The translations under genes and the position numbers were made by a program. The notes beneath the pieces are model-generated. The model was not told where the DNA came from. It searched no databases and was given only the letters and a program-made list of their open reading frames with translations. From an uncultured delta proteobacterium (GTDB lineage Bacteria; Desulfobacterota; Desulfuromonadia; Desulfuromonadales; BM103), in NCBI GenBank assembly GCA_963825575.1, contig CAWGUB010000018.1, positions 179,419-243,418 of the forward strand: a stretch of DNA of 64,000 nucleotides, in the 5' to 3' direction. Positions 1-9,447 of the stretch are shown one piece after another. Position 1 is the stretch's first letter. Each line of letters begins with the position of its first letter.

Positions 1-11
1 GTTTTTTCTGG

Positions 12-39
12 TTGATTTTAGCCCGGCTTCCGCTACAAT
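12..39 (+). promoter_or_regulatory. candidate sigma70-type promoter TTGATT-N16-TACAAT upstream of the small zinc-ribbon ORF
   Basis: TTGATT at 12-17 and TACAAT at 34-39 with a 16-nt spacer, about 45 nt upstream of the ATG at 86. Confidence 0.4.
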
Positions 40-85
40 GAGTTCAAATGTGAAACTTTTAATAGTCCTGTGCGGAGGTGACATC

Positions 86-292
86 ATGAAATGTCCTGTG
101 TGTAAGAGCCATCAAGCGCATACCGAGATTCAGGTGCACGCCAACGGTTTCGACGAGGATCTCTATCAATGTGAGGTCTGCGGCTCAACCTGGTCCGTCA
201 ACCACGGGCTGGTAGATGTTGTCAAGGACACCCAGAAAAGATCCTTTCTGGAGTCGAACACGGAATCCGTGGATGGCGCTGATAACAGCTAG
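86..292 (+). CDS. small zinc-ribbon protein (two CxxC pairs), function unknown
   Basis: Part of ORF 38-292. The internal ATG at 86 has GGAGG 8 nt upstream. The product starts MKCPVCK and later has CEVCG, resembling a YgiT/MqsA-type N-terminal zinc ribbon, but no HTH domain follows. Confidence 0.55.
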   Translation: MKCPVCKSHQAHTEIQVHANGFDEDLYQCEVCGSTWSVNHGLVDVVKDTQKRSFLESNTESVDGADNS

Positions 293-337
293 GGCGGGGG
301 CTGGATGGAGGCTGGAGGCTGGAGGCTGGAGGCTGGT
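293..337. repeat. G-rich tract with GGAGGCT heptamer tandem repeat (4 copies, 307-334)
   Basis: Direct reading gives GGGCGGGGGCTGGATGGAGGCTGGAGGCTGGAGGCTGGAGGCTGG immediately after the stop codon at 290-292. Confidence 0.85.
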
Positions 338-360
338 TAAAACATAAACCTTAAAAGAGC

Positions 361-388
361 AAGGCCGACAGGGAAACCTGTCGGCCTT
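361..388. terminator. bidirectional Rho-independent terminator between convergent genes
   Basis: AAGGCCGACAGG-GAAA-CCTGTCGGCCTT forms a perfect 12-bp stem with a GAAA loop. T-rich tails are present on both strands (GTGTTTCGTTTT on +, GCTCTTTTAAGG on -). Confidence 0.7.
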
Positions 389-412
389 GTGTTTCGTTTT
401 AATTATTGGGTT

Positions 413-497
413 GGTTCCAGCCTTAGCCAGCCCCCAAACCCCAGCCTCTGCGAGCCGCCTTTAACCAGCCCCCAGTCCCTAGTCTCCAGCCCCTGCC
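413..497. repeat. C-rich CCAGCC-word tract, approximate reverse complement of 293-337
   Basis: The tract contains CCAGCC, CCAGCCCCC, CCCCAGCCTC, CCAGCCCCCAG and CTCCAGCCCCTGCC. Its reverse complement is built of the same GGCTGG/GGGGCTGG words as the left tract. Confidence 0.6.
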
Positions 498-498
498 T

Positions 499-3372
499 TT
501 AAAGTACATCCTGCAGGTAGGCTGCTGTCGTCGCCCGCTTCTCGGCTTCAATCGCCTTCGGATCAACTTCGACGAATTTCTCGTCGGGAGTCACCTTGAA
601 AATCGGCTGCCCTTTCTGAACGATCACGCCGTCGCCGCCCTCGATCAGGATCTTGTCGACAGTGCCGGAGAAGGGGGCCGGGACCTTGTTGAACATCTTC
701 ATGACTTCGAGGATGAACAGCGGCTGGCCTTTTTCAAAGTGGTCGCCTTCATTGGCGAACTTCGGCATCCCGGGAGCTTCCTGGGCATAGTACATGCCTC
801 CTCCCGGAGTGACGATCTCGTCGGCCCTGGTTGCCGGCGGCGGCACCAGAATCTTCTTCATGGCCGCCTGCAGGTCCGGATCGTTGAGATAGTCGGGGAT
901 GGTGACTTCGAGATCGGCTTCGACCTTGAAATCGAAGAAATCGGTCCGGTCAGCGATCAGGAACAGCATACCGAACAGTTCGTTGCCGACCTCGTAGCCA
1001 AGATGGGCCTCCTGAATCTTCGCCCAGGTTTCCTTGTCAAAGCCACCCTGCGGCTTCTCTTTGCCGAGGATGTCGTTGAGTTTGAGGAACTCGCCCTTCT
1101 CGAGACCGAATTTGCCTCGCAGTTCGGCATAGAAATCCAGGGCATTCTGCAGCAGGTCGCGGTCATGGGTCCAGATCACTTCGGCCGCCGGGGCGTCTTC
1201 GCGCCAGGTCATGTTGAGGTACTCGTAGGTTTCCTCGAGGATGACCAGAGGGTTACGCAGCCAGATCAGCTTGCCGTTCTCGAACTTGAAGTTCTTGCGG
1301 TTGATGCTGAGCCACCCGGAAAGCAGGTGCGGGTCAGCCAACAGAAATTCCATCGGCCGGGTCAGCAGGGTCCCCTTGCGATCAAGGGTCTCGGAAATGG
1401 CCGACTTGATCTCCGGGTCATCACCGTAGACCGTGCCGAAATGCTTCTTCATCGCCAGGAACGCGAAAACCACGTCGAGTTTGCTGGCCTCTTCTTTCAG
1501 CTTGCCAACCAGGGTCAGGTAGGGGACCACGAAACGGGTGGTCGGCTTGGCCATGACGTTCTGGCCAAGGAACCAGTTGACCAGGCCATAGTGGAATTCC
1601 AGGTTGGTCGCCAGGTTGCTGCCACGCAGAACCGTACTGCGCAAAACCTTGGAAAGATGCTCATAGCTGTCGAGACGGTCCTCTCCCTTGGTCAGCAACA
1701 GGGCGATATTCGAATCGTAGGCACCGGCCAGGTGGTAGCGCATGAACTGGTTGGTGTCCGGGTTCTTGATGCAGATCCCCTGGTCATCACGGATCTCACC
1801 TTCGATCGGCGCCGACCAGTAGCGGACATAGCCGCCGGCACTCGGTGACAGAGAGCAGTCGGTCGCATTGAGCCGGGCTTCAGCACCGGCGCCGAAGCGC
1901 TGCAGGCGCTCAGGACGCGGCAGGCGCTCTTTGTGCCTGGCCAACAGGGCCATCGCCTCGACCAGCGACTCGACGATAAAGAAGTCTTTCTTGTTCTTCG
2001 GATTGGTGAACTTCAGCTTGTAGACCAGCTCGGTAACGCGATGCTCGACCTGGATGCGGGTGTTGACTTCCATGAAGTAATGGCGATCACGGTCAACGAT
2101 ACATTCGAAGGTCGACGCCGAGTCAAGCCCGACGGCGATACCGAAGCGCTCAGACTCGTCTTCCATCCGCTTCAGCACCTTGAGGTCCGTCTCCAGGGCC
2201 GCGGCCTGGGCCTTGAGCCCGGCTTGCTTGGCCTTCTTGATTTCTTCGGCCAGGGCTTCCTGGGTGACAGAGACTTCCAGCAATTTCTGCTCATGCATCT
2301 GCAGGGAGCAGTCACGGCCGCCAAGGGCGATGGTCCACTCACCATTACCGAGCAGCTGAATTTCGTTGTGGCGGGTCTGTTCGATATTCAGCTCGACCAG
2401 CACGTTCTTGTTGTCACCGACCCCGTTTGCCTTGACTTCAAGCAGGACTTCGCGGACCATTTCCGGTGCCGTCGAGGCAGCCTTCTTGATCTCGGCATCG
2501 GTCGGGTTCTTCTTGGTCAGCAGGGAGGCCCCGAGGATACGCTGGCCCTTGCCGCCGCCGCCGCCGATCGCCTTGAGGCGGATCCGGGCGCCGGGATAGT
2601 TCTTGAACATGTCGAAACACTCTTTTTCGACCTGTGCACCGAGCTCGTCCATGGAAAAGAGGTCGACCCCCTTGCCGTAGGACGCCATCAGGATATGATC
2701 GGCCAAATCTTCCAGCGCGAGGGTTTTGTCGTCGAGCACCTGCTTGTCGCACTTGAGCCCTTCAGCCTTGACGACGGCCAGCAGAGCCGCGCGGCTTGGA
2801 TGCTTGGTGACCAGGGTGCGGGACGTCGCGTTGTCGATACCCGGCGTGACCGAGACATTGACGCTCAGCGCGGTCCGCTTGGCCTCGTCCTTCTTGCCGG
2901 CACCACGCTGGGTGGCGGCACAGGGGCCGATGAACTTGAGGCCGGCATCCTCGATAGCCTGGACAAACTCGTCGTCCTCGGCCATGAATCCGTAACCGGC
3001 GAAGATCGAGTCATAGCCGTTATCATGGGCAATCTGGATGATCTGGCCGATCCGCTCGACGCGCTCTTCCTTGGAGGCCCCGGTGTAATCCGGCACGCGG
3101 TGCACGCGACTGTTGTCGGTCAACATGCGCAGCTCGGGAGAGAGTGCATTCGGATAAACGATCGTATCCTTCTCGGAGAGCAGGATGCCGTAATGGCTGA
3201 TGCCCATCTCTTCGTAGACGGTCATTGCCTCAAGGCGGATCGGACCGCGACAGACGATCAGTGGTTTGAGGTCTTCGCAAGAGAAGGAACGGACCCACTC
3301 GGAGTCGGACTTGCCCAAGCGGCGATCGCGATGAATCAGTGGATTGTTCGTGTAATTATCATTTTGTGCCAT
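499..3372 (-). CDS. large biotin carboxylase (ATP-grasp) fused to a C-terminal biotin carboxyl carrier domain; subunit of a biotin-dependent acyl-CoA carboxylase of unknown substrate
   Basis: 957-aa ORF. It has a divergent BC N-terminus (KPLIVCRGPIRLEAM), a GGGGKG glycine loop and HYFMEVNTRIQVEH. The C-terminal biotinylation motif is LEVMKMFNKV. Confidence 0.75.
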   Translation of the reverse strand: MAQNDNYTNNPLIHRDRRLGKSDSEWVRSFSCEDLKPLIVCRGPIRLEAMTVYEEMGISHYGILLSEKDTIVYPNALSPELRMLTDNSRVHRVPDYTGASKEERVERIGQIIQIAHDNGYDSIFAGYGFMAEDDEFVQAIEDAGLKFIGPCAATQRGAGKKDEAKRTALSVNVSVTPGIDNATSRTLVTKHPSRAALLAVVKAEGLKCDKQVLDDKTLALEDLADHILMASYGKGVDLFSMDELGAQVEKECFDMFKNYPGARIRLKAIGGGGGKGQRILGASLLTKKNPTDAEIKKAASTAPEMVREVLLEVKANGVGDNKNVLVELNIEQTRHNEIQLLGNGEWTIALGGRDCSLQMHEQKLLEVSVTQEALAEEIKKAKQAGLKAQAAALETDLKVLKRMEDESERFGIAVGLDSASTFECIVDRDRHYFMEVNTRIQVEHRVTELVYKLKFTNPKNKKDFFIVESLVEAMALLARHKERLPRPERLQRFGAGAEARLNATDCSLSPSAGGYVRYWSAPIEGEIRDDQGICIKNPDTNQFMRYHLAGAYDSNIALLLTKGEDRLDSYEHLSKVLRSTVLRGSNLATNLEFHYGLVNWFLGQNVMAKPTTRFVVPYLTLVGKLKEEASKLDVVFAFLAMKKHFGTVYGDDPEIKSAISETLDRKGTLLTRPMEFLLADPHLLSGWLSINRKNFKFENGKLIWLRNPLVILEETYEYLNMTWREDAPAAEVIWTHDRDLLQNALDFYAELRGKFGLEKGEFLKLNDILGKEKPQGGFDKETWAKIQEAHLGYEVGNELFGMLFLIADRTDFFDFKVEADLEVTIPDYLNDPDLQAAMKKILVPPPATRADEIVTPGGGMYYAQEAPGMPKFANEGDHFEKGQPLFILEVMKMFNKVPAPFSGTVDKILIEGGDGVIVQKGQPIFKVTPDEKFVEVDPKAIEAEKRATTAAYLQDVL

Positions 3373-3428
3373 TGGTTATCTCCAAATCGAAACCTTGATT
3401 CGCTTAATGATCAATTAAATTCGCTCTG

Positions 3429-5153
3429 TTAATGGAACTCGCGCTGGACGTCCTGCCAGGTTGACGGCTGATAGTGCCGCAGCAGGAAGTTCATGTTTTC
3501 ACCGAGGACCTTGCGCAGATCGGTCGGCATAACCAGCGAGGAGATCGAACCAAGGGCCAGACCTTCTTTCGGGTTCATCAGTTCTTTTTCGTAGCGCAGG
3601 TTGAGTGCTGCTTCCTGGTTCTTCAGCCATTCTGCCGCTTCGGCTTCGGCATCTCTTTTTGCCTCGGCCCCTTCCACACCAGCCTTGATGCGCGCCTGGG
3701 TCCCTTCGGCCACCATCTGCTTGATGGCGCCGCGGATCTTGCGCAATTCAGTCTTGTAGACGAACTCCTTGCCGGCCGGTCCCATAACCGCAAGGCGCGT
3801 GGTCGGCAAAGCGAGGACCAGGTCTGCGCCGGTCGGGTAGTTGTTGAAGGAAGCATAGGCGCCGCCGTAGGCGTTGCGCAGAATCAGCAGGATCCGCGGG
3901 GTGCGCACATCGACGATCGAATCGAGCATCGAGCGACCGGCCTGGACAATGCCGCGGGCTTCCTGCTCGCGCCCAGGGAGGAAGCCGGTGGTGTCTTCCA
4001 TGAAGATCAGCGGAATATTGTAGATGTTGCAGAACCGCACGAAGCGGGCAATCTTGACTGCCGAGTCGCAGTCGATCTGACCGGAGGACACGGAACTGTT
4101 GTTGGCGACGAAGCCGACCACGTTGCCGCCGAGACGACCGAAGGCGGTGATTGCTTCGCGGGAGCGCTCTGGCTGAATTTCAAAATAGTCGCCATGATCG
4201 CAGATCTGCTGGATGATGATCGAAACATCAAACGGGGTGTTGAAGCCGGTCGGGGAGTTGAAAGCTTTTTTCAGCAGGGTGTTGATCTCCCAGGTCTTGC
4301 GATCAAGCGGATCGCTGGTCTCCTGGAAAGGCGCCATGCTGAAGTTATTGTCAGGAAGATAGCTGACCAGTCGTGACGCGGTCCGCAAGGCGGCTGTCTC
4401 ATCAGCGACGGTCAGGTCGGCGACACCGGAGGCGCCGTGCACCTTGGGGCCACCCAGTTCTTCCGGGGTGATGTCTTCGCCGAGCACGGACTTGACGACG
4501 CCCGGGCCGGTCAGACCGAAAAAGGTATCGTTCGGCTGGATAACGAAACTGCCCTGGCGCGGCAGGTAGGAGCCGCCACCGGCATTGAAACCGAACATGC
4601 ACATGACGGTCGGCACCACGCCGCTGATCTTGCGCAGGGCGGTAAAGGCCTCCGCATAACCGTCGAGACCACCGACCCCGGCAGGGACAAACGCACCGGC
4701 CGAGTCGTTCATGCCGATCAGGGGCAGGCCCTTCTCACCGCACATATAGAACATACGCGCCAGTTTGTTGCCGTTGGTTGCATCGATGGAACCGGCGCGG
4801 ACCGTGAAGTCGTGGCCATAGACGCCGACATCACGGCCATTGATATTGAGAATCCCGGTCACCAGCGAGGCGCCGTCGAGGTTCTTACCCCAGTTCTGGT
4901 AAAGCACATTCGGCTCTTCCTGGGTCAGGACCTTGATCCGTTCCCAGACGGTCATGCGCTTCTTGAAGTGCTGCTTTTCAATCTGGCCGACGGCAACGGA
5001 TTTGATCGGGCGCTGGATCAGGTCGTAACCTTCCTGCATAACCTCTTCGTAGCCGCCGCGGACCCCGGCAACTTCACCAGGGATGGTGAACTCGACTTGT
5101 TCCGGTGGAGCAAATGGATTCTTCAGTGACGGTTTAATCGCTTTTTTGGCCAT
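3429..5153 (-). CDS. acyl-CoA carboxyltransferase (propionyl-CoA carboxylase beta / GcdA-like single-chain CT)
   Basis: 574-aa ORF with two CT halves (MNDSAGA..., [11 protein letters not shown]...). It lies directly upstream of the BC-BCCP gene on the same strand. Confidence 0.8.
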   Translation of the reverse strand: MAKKAIKPSLKNPFAPPEQVEFTIPGEVAGVRGGYEEVMQEGYDLIQRPIKSVAVGQIEKQHFKKRMTVWERIKVLTQEEPNVLYQNWGKNLDGASLVTGILNINGRDVGVYGHDFTVRAGSIDATNGNKLARMFYMCGEKGLPLIGMNDSAGAFVPAGVGGLDGYAEAFTALRKISGVVPTVMCMFGFNAGGGSYLPRQGSFVIQPNDTFFGLTGPGVVKSVLGEDITPEELGGPKVHGASGVADLTVADETAALRTASRLVSYLPDNNFSMAPFQETSDPLDRKTWEINTLLKKAFNSPTGFNTPFDVSIIIQQICDHGDYFEIQPERSREAITAFGRLGGNVVGFVANNSSVSSGQIDCDSAVKIARFVRFCNIYNIPLIFMEDTTGFLPGREQEARGIVQAGRSMLDSIVDVRTPRILLILRNAYGGAYASFNNYPTGADLVLALPTTRLAVMGPAGKEFVYKTELRKIRGAIKQMVAEGTQARIKAGVEGAEAKRDAEAEAAEWLKNQEAALNLRYEKELMNPKEGLALGSISSLVMPTDLRKVLGENMNFLLRHYQPSTWQDVQREFH

Positions 5154-5549
5154 CTTTGATTCCTCTGTTCGCTAGAGTTTTTCAACTGGCCGGGCCAGGG
5201 CCCTGCCGGTTGACAGCTATATGAAAATCCACAACGACTGATTCGCTATAAGGAAGTGAGAATGTTCCGAAGCAGCCCATAGTAAAATAGGGTTTTATCC
5301 ACCGCATGGGTATAGCCCATGTTACCAGTGAAGTCAATCATAAATTTATTTTAGATAAAACCTGTTTACTTATAATAAACACCCGTTTAGGAGCCCTTTT
5401 TAATTTTTCATAACGACTTTCTGCGTAGCCCTCCAAAGTGGGGTACATACGCGAAATTACTGCGTTGCATCATAAAAATCCACAGGCTCGTTACTGTTGA
5501 CTTCGTCAAGAGGATTGCCGCATCATGAGGAATACAGTATGATCAGTCA

Positions 5550-6659
5550 TTGCCTGATTGTACAGAGAGAGCGAGGGTTTCATTGTCAGATGTTTTTTCA
5601 AATTTTCCTGTCGGTGTGCAGCTGTGGCCGCAGGCCAAGCGGCGCTCACGGCACCTGCAGGAAGGCTACAACTTTTCCCTGCTGGAAAACTCCAGCGATA
5701 CCTATCACTTTTCTATTCTTGCCCGGCCTGAAAAGATCCAGGCTGCATTCAAGGATTTTGCCTACAGCATCCCCGACGAAGCTTTCTTCATTCTCGAGTT
5801 TTACACCACGGAACCAAACGCCGACGACCAGGATTCTCCGGCCCCGACAATTCACTATTCACCCTACATGCCGGTTAACGAAATCATTGCTGCCATCGCT
5901 CCATACTGGGACCGCCTGATGCATGATGGTTTCGTCGGCTTCGGCCTGGCCAATAACCGTTCCAGCCAGGAGATGTTCTTCTCGGAAGAGAAGATCCTGA
6001 CTTTTTTCTCCGACAACCACCTGAAGTTGACGCACCTGCTCAGCAAAGCCGGAATTAGCCATCGACCTGACCTGCTTCTGCATACGGAACTCGGTCACGA
6101 TCATCTGTCCCTGCTCTGCCTGGAGCGGGAGAACCTGCCCCTCTGTCTGCAGGACTACAGTGACCGCGACCTTGACTACGCCTACTTCTGCCAGGAGCTG
6201 GTCGACGAGCTCGGCATGTACCCGGTCGAAGAGAGCCTGTCCTTCTTCTTCTCCCGGAATGAACAGAAACTGATCGATGAGATCCTCACCCAGCACCCGG
6301 GTTATGATGAAATCGCCGGTGACGATTTCGGCAGCCTGCTCCTTGACTGGAATGATTTTGTCCAGGAGTGCTGCAGCGGTTTCGAAGGCGACCTGTGGGA
6401 GTACCGCATGGGGCTGCAGCTGCGCGATGTGCTGCATCAGGTCACGTCATCCTGTGAAGATCCTCTCAAGGGCCGGATCATGGATGTCCTCAAAGAACCT
6501 GACGAAAAGTTCCGTCAGCTTCTGATCGACCAGCGGAAACGGCTGGACAGCCCATGCAGAACCTTTGCGGAAGAACATTTCTGGTACAACGGCGTGATCG
6601 GCAATGCCGGTTATGAACTCCGCCGGGACCTGATCCGTCACGGATGGTATAAACCTTAA
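5550..6659 (+). CDS. acidic hypothetical protein, no recognised domain
   Basis: 369-codon ORF that reads as plausible protein from about residue 40 onward. No in-frame ATG lies near the 5' end, so the start is TTG at 5550 (or TTG/GTG slightly downstream); start is uncertain. Confidence 0.55.
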   Translation: MPDCTERARVSLSDVFSNFPVGVQLWPQAKRRSRHLQEGYNFSLLENSSDTYHFSILARPEKIQAAFKDFAYSIPDEAFFILEFYTTEPNADDQDSPAPTIHYSPYMPVNEIIAAIAPYWDRLMHDGFVGFGLANNRSSQEMFFSEEKILTFFSDNHLKLTHLLSKAGISHRPDLLLHTELGHDHLSLLCLERENLPLCLQDYSDRDLDYAYFCQELVDELGMYPVEESLSFFFSRNEQKLIDEILTQHPGYDEIAGDDFGSLLLDWNDFVQECCSGFEGDLWEYRMGLQLRDVLHQVTSSCEDPLKGRIMDVLKEPDEKFRQLLIDQRKRLDSPCRTFAEEHFWYNGVIGNAGYELRRDLIRHGWYKP

Positions 6660-6663
6660 GAGC

Positions 6664-6741
6664 GGGGGCTGGGGGCTGGAGGTCAGCGACTGGAAAATCC
6701 AGGTCATTACCCCCCAGCCCCCAGCCCCCAGCCCCCGACCC
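6664..6741. repeat. palindromic element: GGGGGCT x2 + GGAGG arm, small central hairpin, CCCCCAG x3.5 arm
   Basis: GGGGGCTGGGGGCTGGAGG lies at 6664-6682 and CTGGA-AAA-TCCAG at about 6690-6702. The CCCCCAG heptamers lie at 6711-6736. The right arm ends 1-2 nt before the mqnB ATG at 6743. Confidence 0.85.
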
Positions 6742-6742
6742 T

Positions 6743-7474
6743 ATGATTGCCCTTCTCGCTGCTGTTGCCGAAGAAACTGCCCTGATCAGAGACACCCTTG
6801 AGGGTTCCGCCCAGGAATCTGTCCACGGCATGGTCATGCTGACGGGGCGTATTCATGGTCAAAACGTCTGTCTGACCCATGGCGGCATTGGCAAGGCTGC
6901 AGCGGCCGCCGCAGCAATGACCCTGTTGCACTATTGTCGGCCAGAGGCGCTCCTGCTGTTCGGCTGCGGCGGGGCCTACCCGAAATCGGGCCTGGAAATC
7001 GGCGACCTGGCGCTCGCCAACAGAGAGATTTTCGGCGACGAGGGTGTTCTCACAACCCATGGCTTTGATGATCTCGCCGCCATGGGACTACCGATGCGCC
7101 AGGGAGACGAATCTTTTTTCAATAGCTGGCCAACAGATGAACCCCTCCGGGAGCGGTCAAGACCGACGCTTCTCGTCCTGACAGATGAACAGGGAATAAA
7201 GCTGGCGACGGGCTCCTTCGTCACGGTCTCCACCTGCACCGGGACCACGGCCAGAGCCATTGAAATCGAACAGCGTACCGGCGGCATCTGTGAAAACATG
7301 GAAGGCGCCGCGGTCGCCCTCGCCTGCCGGCAATTCTCCGTCCCGCTTCTTGAAATACGGGGCATTTCCAATCTGGTGGAAGATCGCGACACCGCTCGTT
7401 GGGACTTGGTGGCCGGCATGACGGTCGCCCAGGAAGCGGTCATCCACCTGCTCGAGAAATGGCCGGGACAATAG
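6743..7474 (+). CDS. mqnB: futalosine hydrolase (nucleoside phosphorylase superfamily)
   Basis: 243 aa with PNP_UDP_1-like motifs (GIGKAAAAAAA, ENMEGAAVA). It ends 2 nt before mqnD. The alternative call of a generic MTA/SAH nucleosidase is not excluded. Confidence 0.7.
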   Translation: MIALLAAVAEETALIRDTLEGSAQESVHGMVMLTGRIHGQNVCLTHGGIGKAAAAAAAMTLLHYCRPEALLLFGCGGAYPKSGLEIGDLALANREIFGDEGVLTTHGFDDLAAMGLPMRQGDESFFNSWPTDEPLRERSRPTLLVLTDEQGIKLATGSFVTVSTCTGTTARAIEIEQRTGGICENMEGAAVALACRQFSVPLLEIRGISNLVEDRDTARWDLVAGMTVAQEAVIHLLEKWPGQ

Positions 7475-7475
7475 C

Positions 7476-8309
7476 ATGAAAACCCTGAGCCTCGGCTACT
7501 CCCCCTGTCCCAACGATACCTATATCTTTTACGCTCTGACGCATGGCAAAATTGACATGCCCGGTTTTTCCATCGTCGAGCGCCTGGAGGATGTCGAAAC
7601 CCTCAATCAACTTGCCTTGGGCGGCCAACTCGACCTGACGAAAATTTCCTATCATGCCTTCGGTCATCTGCGCGACCGATATGCACTGTTGCGCAGTGGC
7701 GGTGCCCTCGGTCGCGGCTGCGGCCCCCTCGTCATAGCGCCGGAAGCAACCGGCATGCATGCCCTGCGTGGCAGACGCATTGCAGTTCCCGGCAAGCTGA
7801 CGACGGCGAACCTGCTGTTGCAGCTTTACGGCGCCGGCTACGACAATCTGCTTGTGGTTCCGTTCGATCAGATCATGCCGGCGCTCAAACGCGGCGAGGC
7901 TGACGCCGGGGTGATTATCCACGAATCCCGTTTCACCTACCGTGAAGCGGGATTTCACGAGGTGCTTGACCTGGGGGCCTGGTGGGAAACAGACACCGGC
8001 CTGCCGATTCCGCTCGGCGGGATCCTCGCCCGGCGAGATCTCGGCAGCAAGACGATCCAGGCCGCCGACCGGGCCATACAGTCCAGCCTTGAATATGCCC
8101 GGCAGAATCCACAGGAGCCGCGCAGCTACATCAGGGAACACGCCCAGGAGTTGGATGACCGGGTGATCGATGCACACATCAACCTCTACGTGAATGATTT
8201 CTCTCTGGACCTTGGAGAGGAGGGTGTTGCTGCGGTGGAGACCTTGATGGCCAGGGCGGAAGCGCGGGGTTTGATTCCGAAAAGCGTCGAACCGCTTTTT
8301 TTCGACTGA
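7476..8309 (+). CDS. mqnD: 1,4-dihydroxy-6-naphthoate synthase
   Basis: 277 aa. The N-terminus LSLGYSPCPNDTYIFYALTHGKID matches the MqnD hallmark (SPCPNDT) rather than the MqnA type. Confidence 0.75.
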   Translation: MKTLSLGYSPCPNDTYIFYALTHGKIDMPGFSIVERLEDVETLNQLALGGQLDLTKISYHAFGHLRDRYALLRSGGALGRGCGPLVIAPEATGMHALRGRRIAVPGKLTTANLLLQLYGAGYDNLLVVPFDQIMPALKRGEADAGVIIHESRFTYREAGFHEVLDLGAWWETDTGLPIPLGGILARRDLGSKTIQAADRAIQSSLEYARQNPQEPRSYIREHAQELDDRVIDAHINLYVNDFSLDLGEEGVAAVETLMARAEARGLIPKSVEPLFFD

Positions 8310-8358
8310 TTACAACCATTGCGCAAGCAAGCCGTTGCAAGCGGATTTTTTTAGAGAC

Positions 8359-9447
8359 TTACAGACGACTTGGTCTCGATCTCAGTGAGGCCCAGGTCAA
8401 GTGGTTGGAAGAATTGTAACTTAGTATCTGGTTGTAGATCTCATCGGCTACGGCTTCGTGTCCGCGCTCTTTCAAATGGATCAGATCATTCCGGAAAAAA
8501 GTCTTCAGGGAAGAGTTTAGCCGCGTGAGATATCCCTGCATGTCGACCAAAATCGCTTTGTGGTCCTTTGCCACTCGGGCCGTAACCTCGGCGTAAGCTT
8601 TGTGAGTCTGCGGTATATCCTTAATCTCCTCGGTCGTCATGCGATAATATTCCCGATAAAACTGAAACGCCCACCTCGGTATGCCTTTGTCGGCATACCC
8701 GGCTGGCGCGGCAATCAGAATCGGGATTACCCGATTGGCGCGAAGCTGTTCGACCATCGCCGTCAGGTTGTCCTGATAGTCGTCCAAAGGAACACGATAA
8801 TCACGGACATCAATCGCCCGGGCCCAGAGGATTTTGGCGAGTTGGACCAACTTGAAGCTGTGGATCAGGTCATAATGGAACTGGTCGCTGTACCCGGACG
8901 GCAATATCCAGTGGTCGTTCCAGCCAAAATAGATACAAGCGTAATGAGGCTGGTATTCCAGCAACCGCTCCAGGATTTTCCTGCCCTGGAAGCTGGTATA
9001 GCCAGGCACTGAGGCATTGATGACCTCAAATGGGGTCTCCGGGAAGTCGCGGGAGAGCTTGTCGTGCAGGACGTCCGCGTACAACGTTCTGCCGAGAAAA
9101 GAGCACGAATCGCCCAGGATCAGAATTCGGATCGCTTGTTTGCCGTTGTCTACGGCAATATCCTGCGACCCCCGAAAGCCCTGGGCATTGGTAAATTCGG
9201 TATTCGGAATCGGTTTCCAAAACAGACTGTCGTCAGGCTGGAACAATTTAATCTTGACCGGTCGGGCTTCTTCCAGGATACCGTCCTCATCCCAGACCGG
9301 GACCCCGGTGGAATAGCCGAATTGCAAATAATCACTGGTCGACCGCTGAGGGGACCAAGCCATCGCGACCAGAATGATTTCACAGGCCACCATGGCAACA
9401 GTCAGGCTCAACAACACGGTAAGAAGATTTAGCAGGACTTTCTTCAT
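8359..9447 (-). CDS. membrane-anchored SGNH/GDSL-family hydrolase
   Basis: ORF 8359-9483. The likely start is the ATG at 9447 (MKKVLLNLLTVLL signal anchor). It has GDS block ILILGDSCSF and block GWNDH. Confidence 0.7.
   Translation of the reverse strand: MKKVLLNLLTVLLSLTVAMVACEIILVAMAWSPQRSTSDYLQFGYSTGVPVWDEDGILEEARPVKIKLFQPDDSLFWKPIPNTEFTNAQGFRGSQDIAVDNGKQAIRILILGDSCSFLGRTLYADVLHDKLSRDFPETPFEVINASVPGYTSFQGRKILERLLEYQPHYACIYFGWNDHWILPSGYSDQFHYDLIHSFKLVQLAKILWARAIDVRDYRVPLDDYQDNLTAMVEQLRANRVIPILIAAPAGYADKGIPRWAFQFYREYYRMTTEEIKDIPQTHKAYAEVTARVAKDHKAILVDMQGYLTRLNSSLKTFFRNDLIHLKERGHEAVADEIYNQILSYNSSNHLTWASLRSRPSRL

Noticed and set aside
307-334. GGAGGCT x4 and CCCCCAG x3.5 tandem repeats as a possible CRISPR array or coding repeat
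   Set aside because: The period is 7 nt with no spacers, the length is under 50 nt, and no cas genes are present. They are treated as low-complexity arms of palindromic elements.
739-3432. Plus-strand ORFs 739-1848 (369 aa) and 1933-3432 (499 aa)
   Set aside because: Both are antisense shadows of the 957-aa biotin carboxylase gene. They show low-complexity Arg/Gly/Leu-rich translations and no motifs.
5497-5919. 140-aa ORF with an ATG (5539) overlapping the 5' end of the 369-aa hypothetical gene, as evidence for a frameshift
   Set aside because: Its translation is Cys/Arg/Pro/Ser/Thr-rich nonsense for its whole length. The 5550 frame reads as normal protein, so a non-ATG start for the latter is the simpler explanation.
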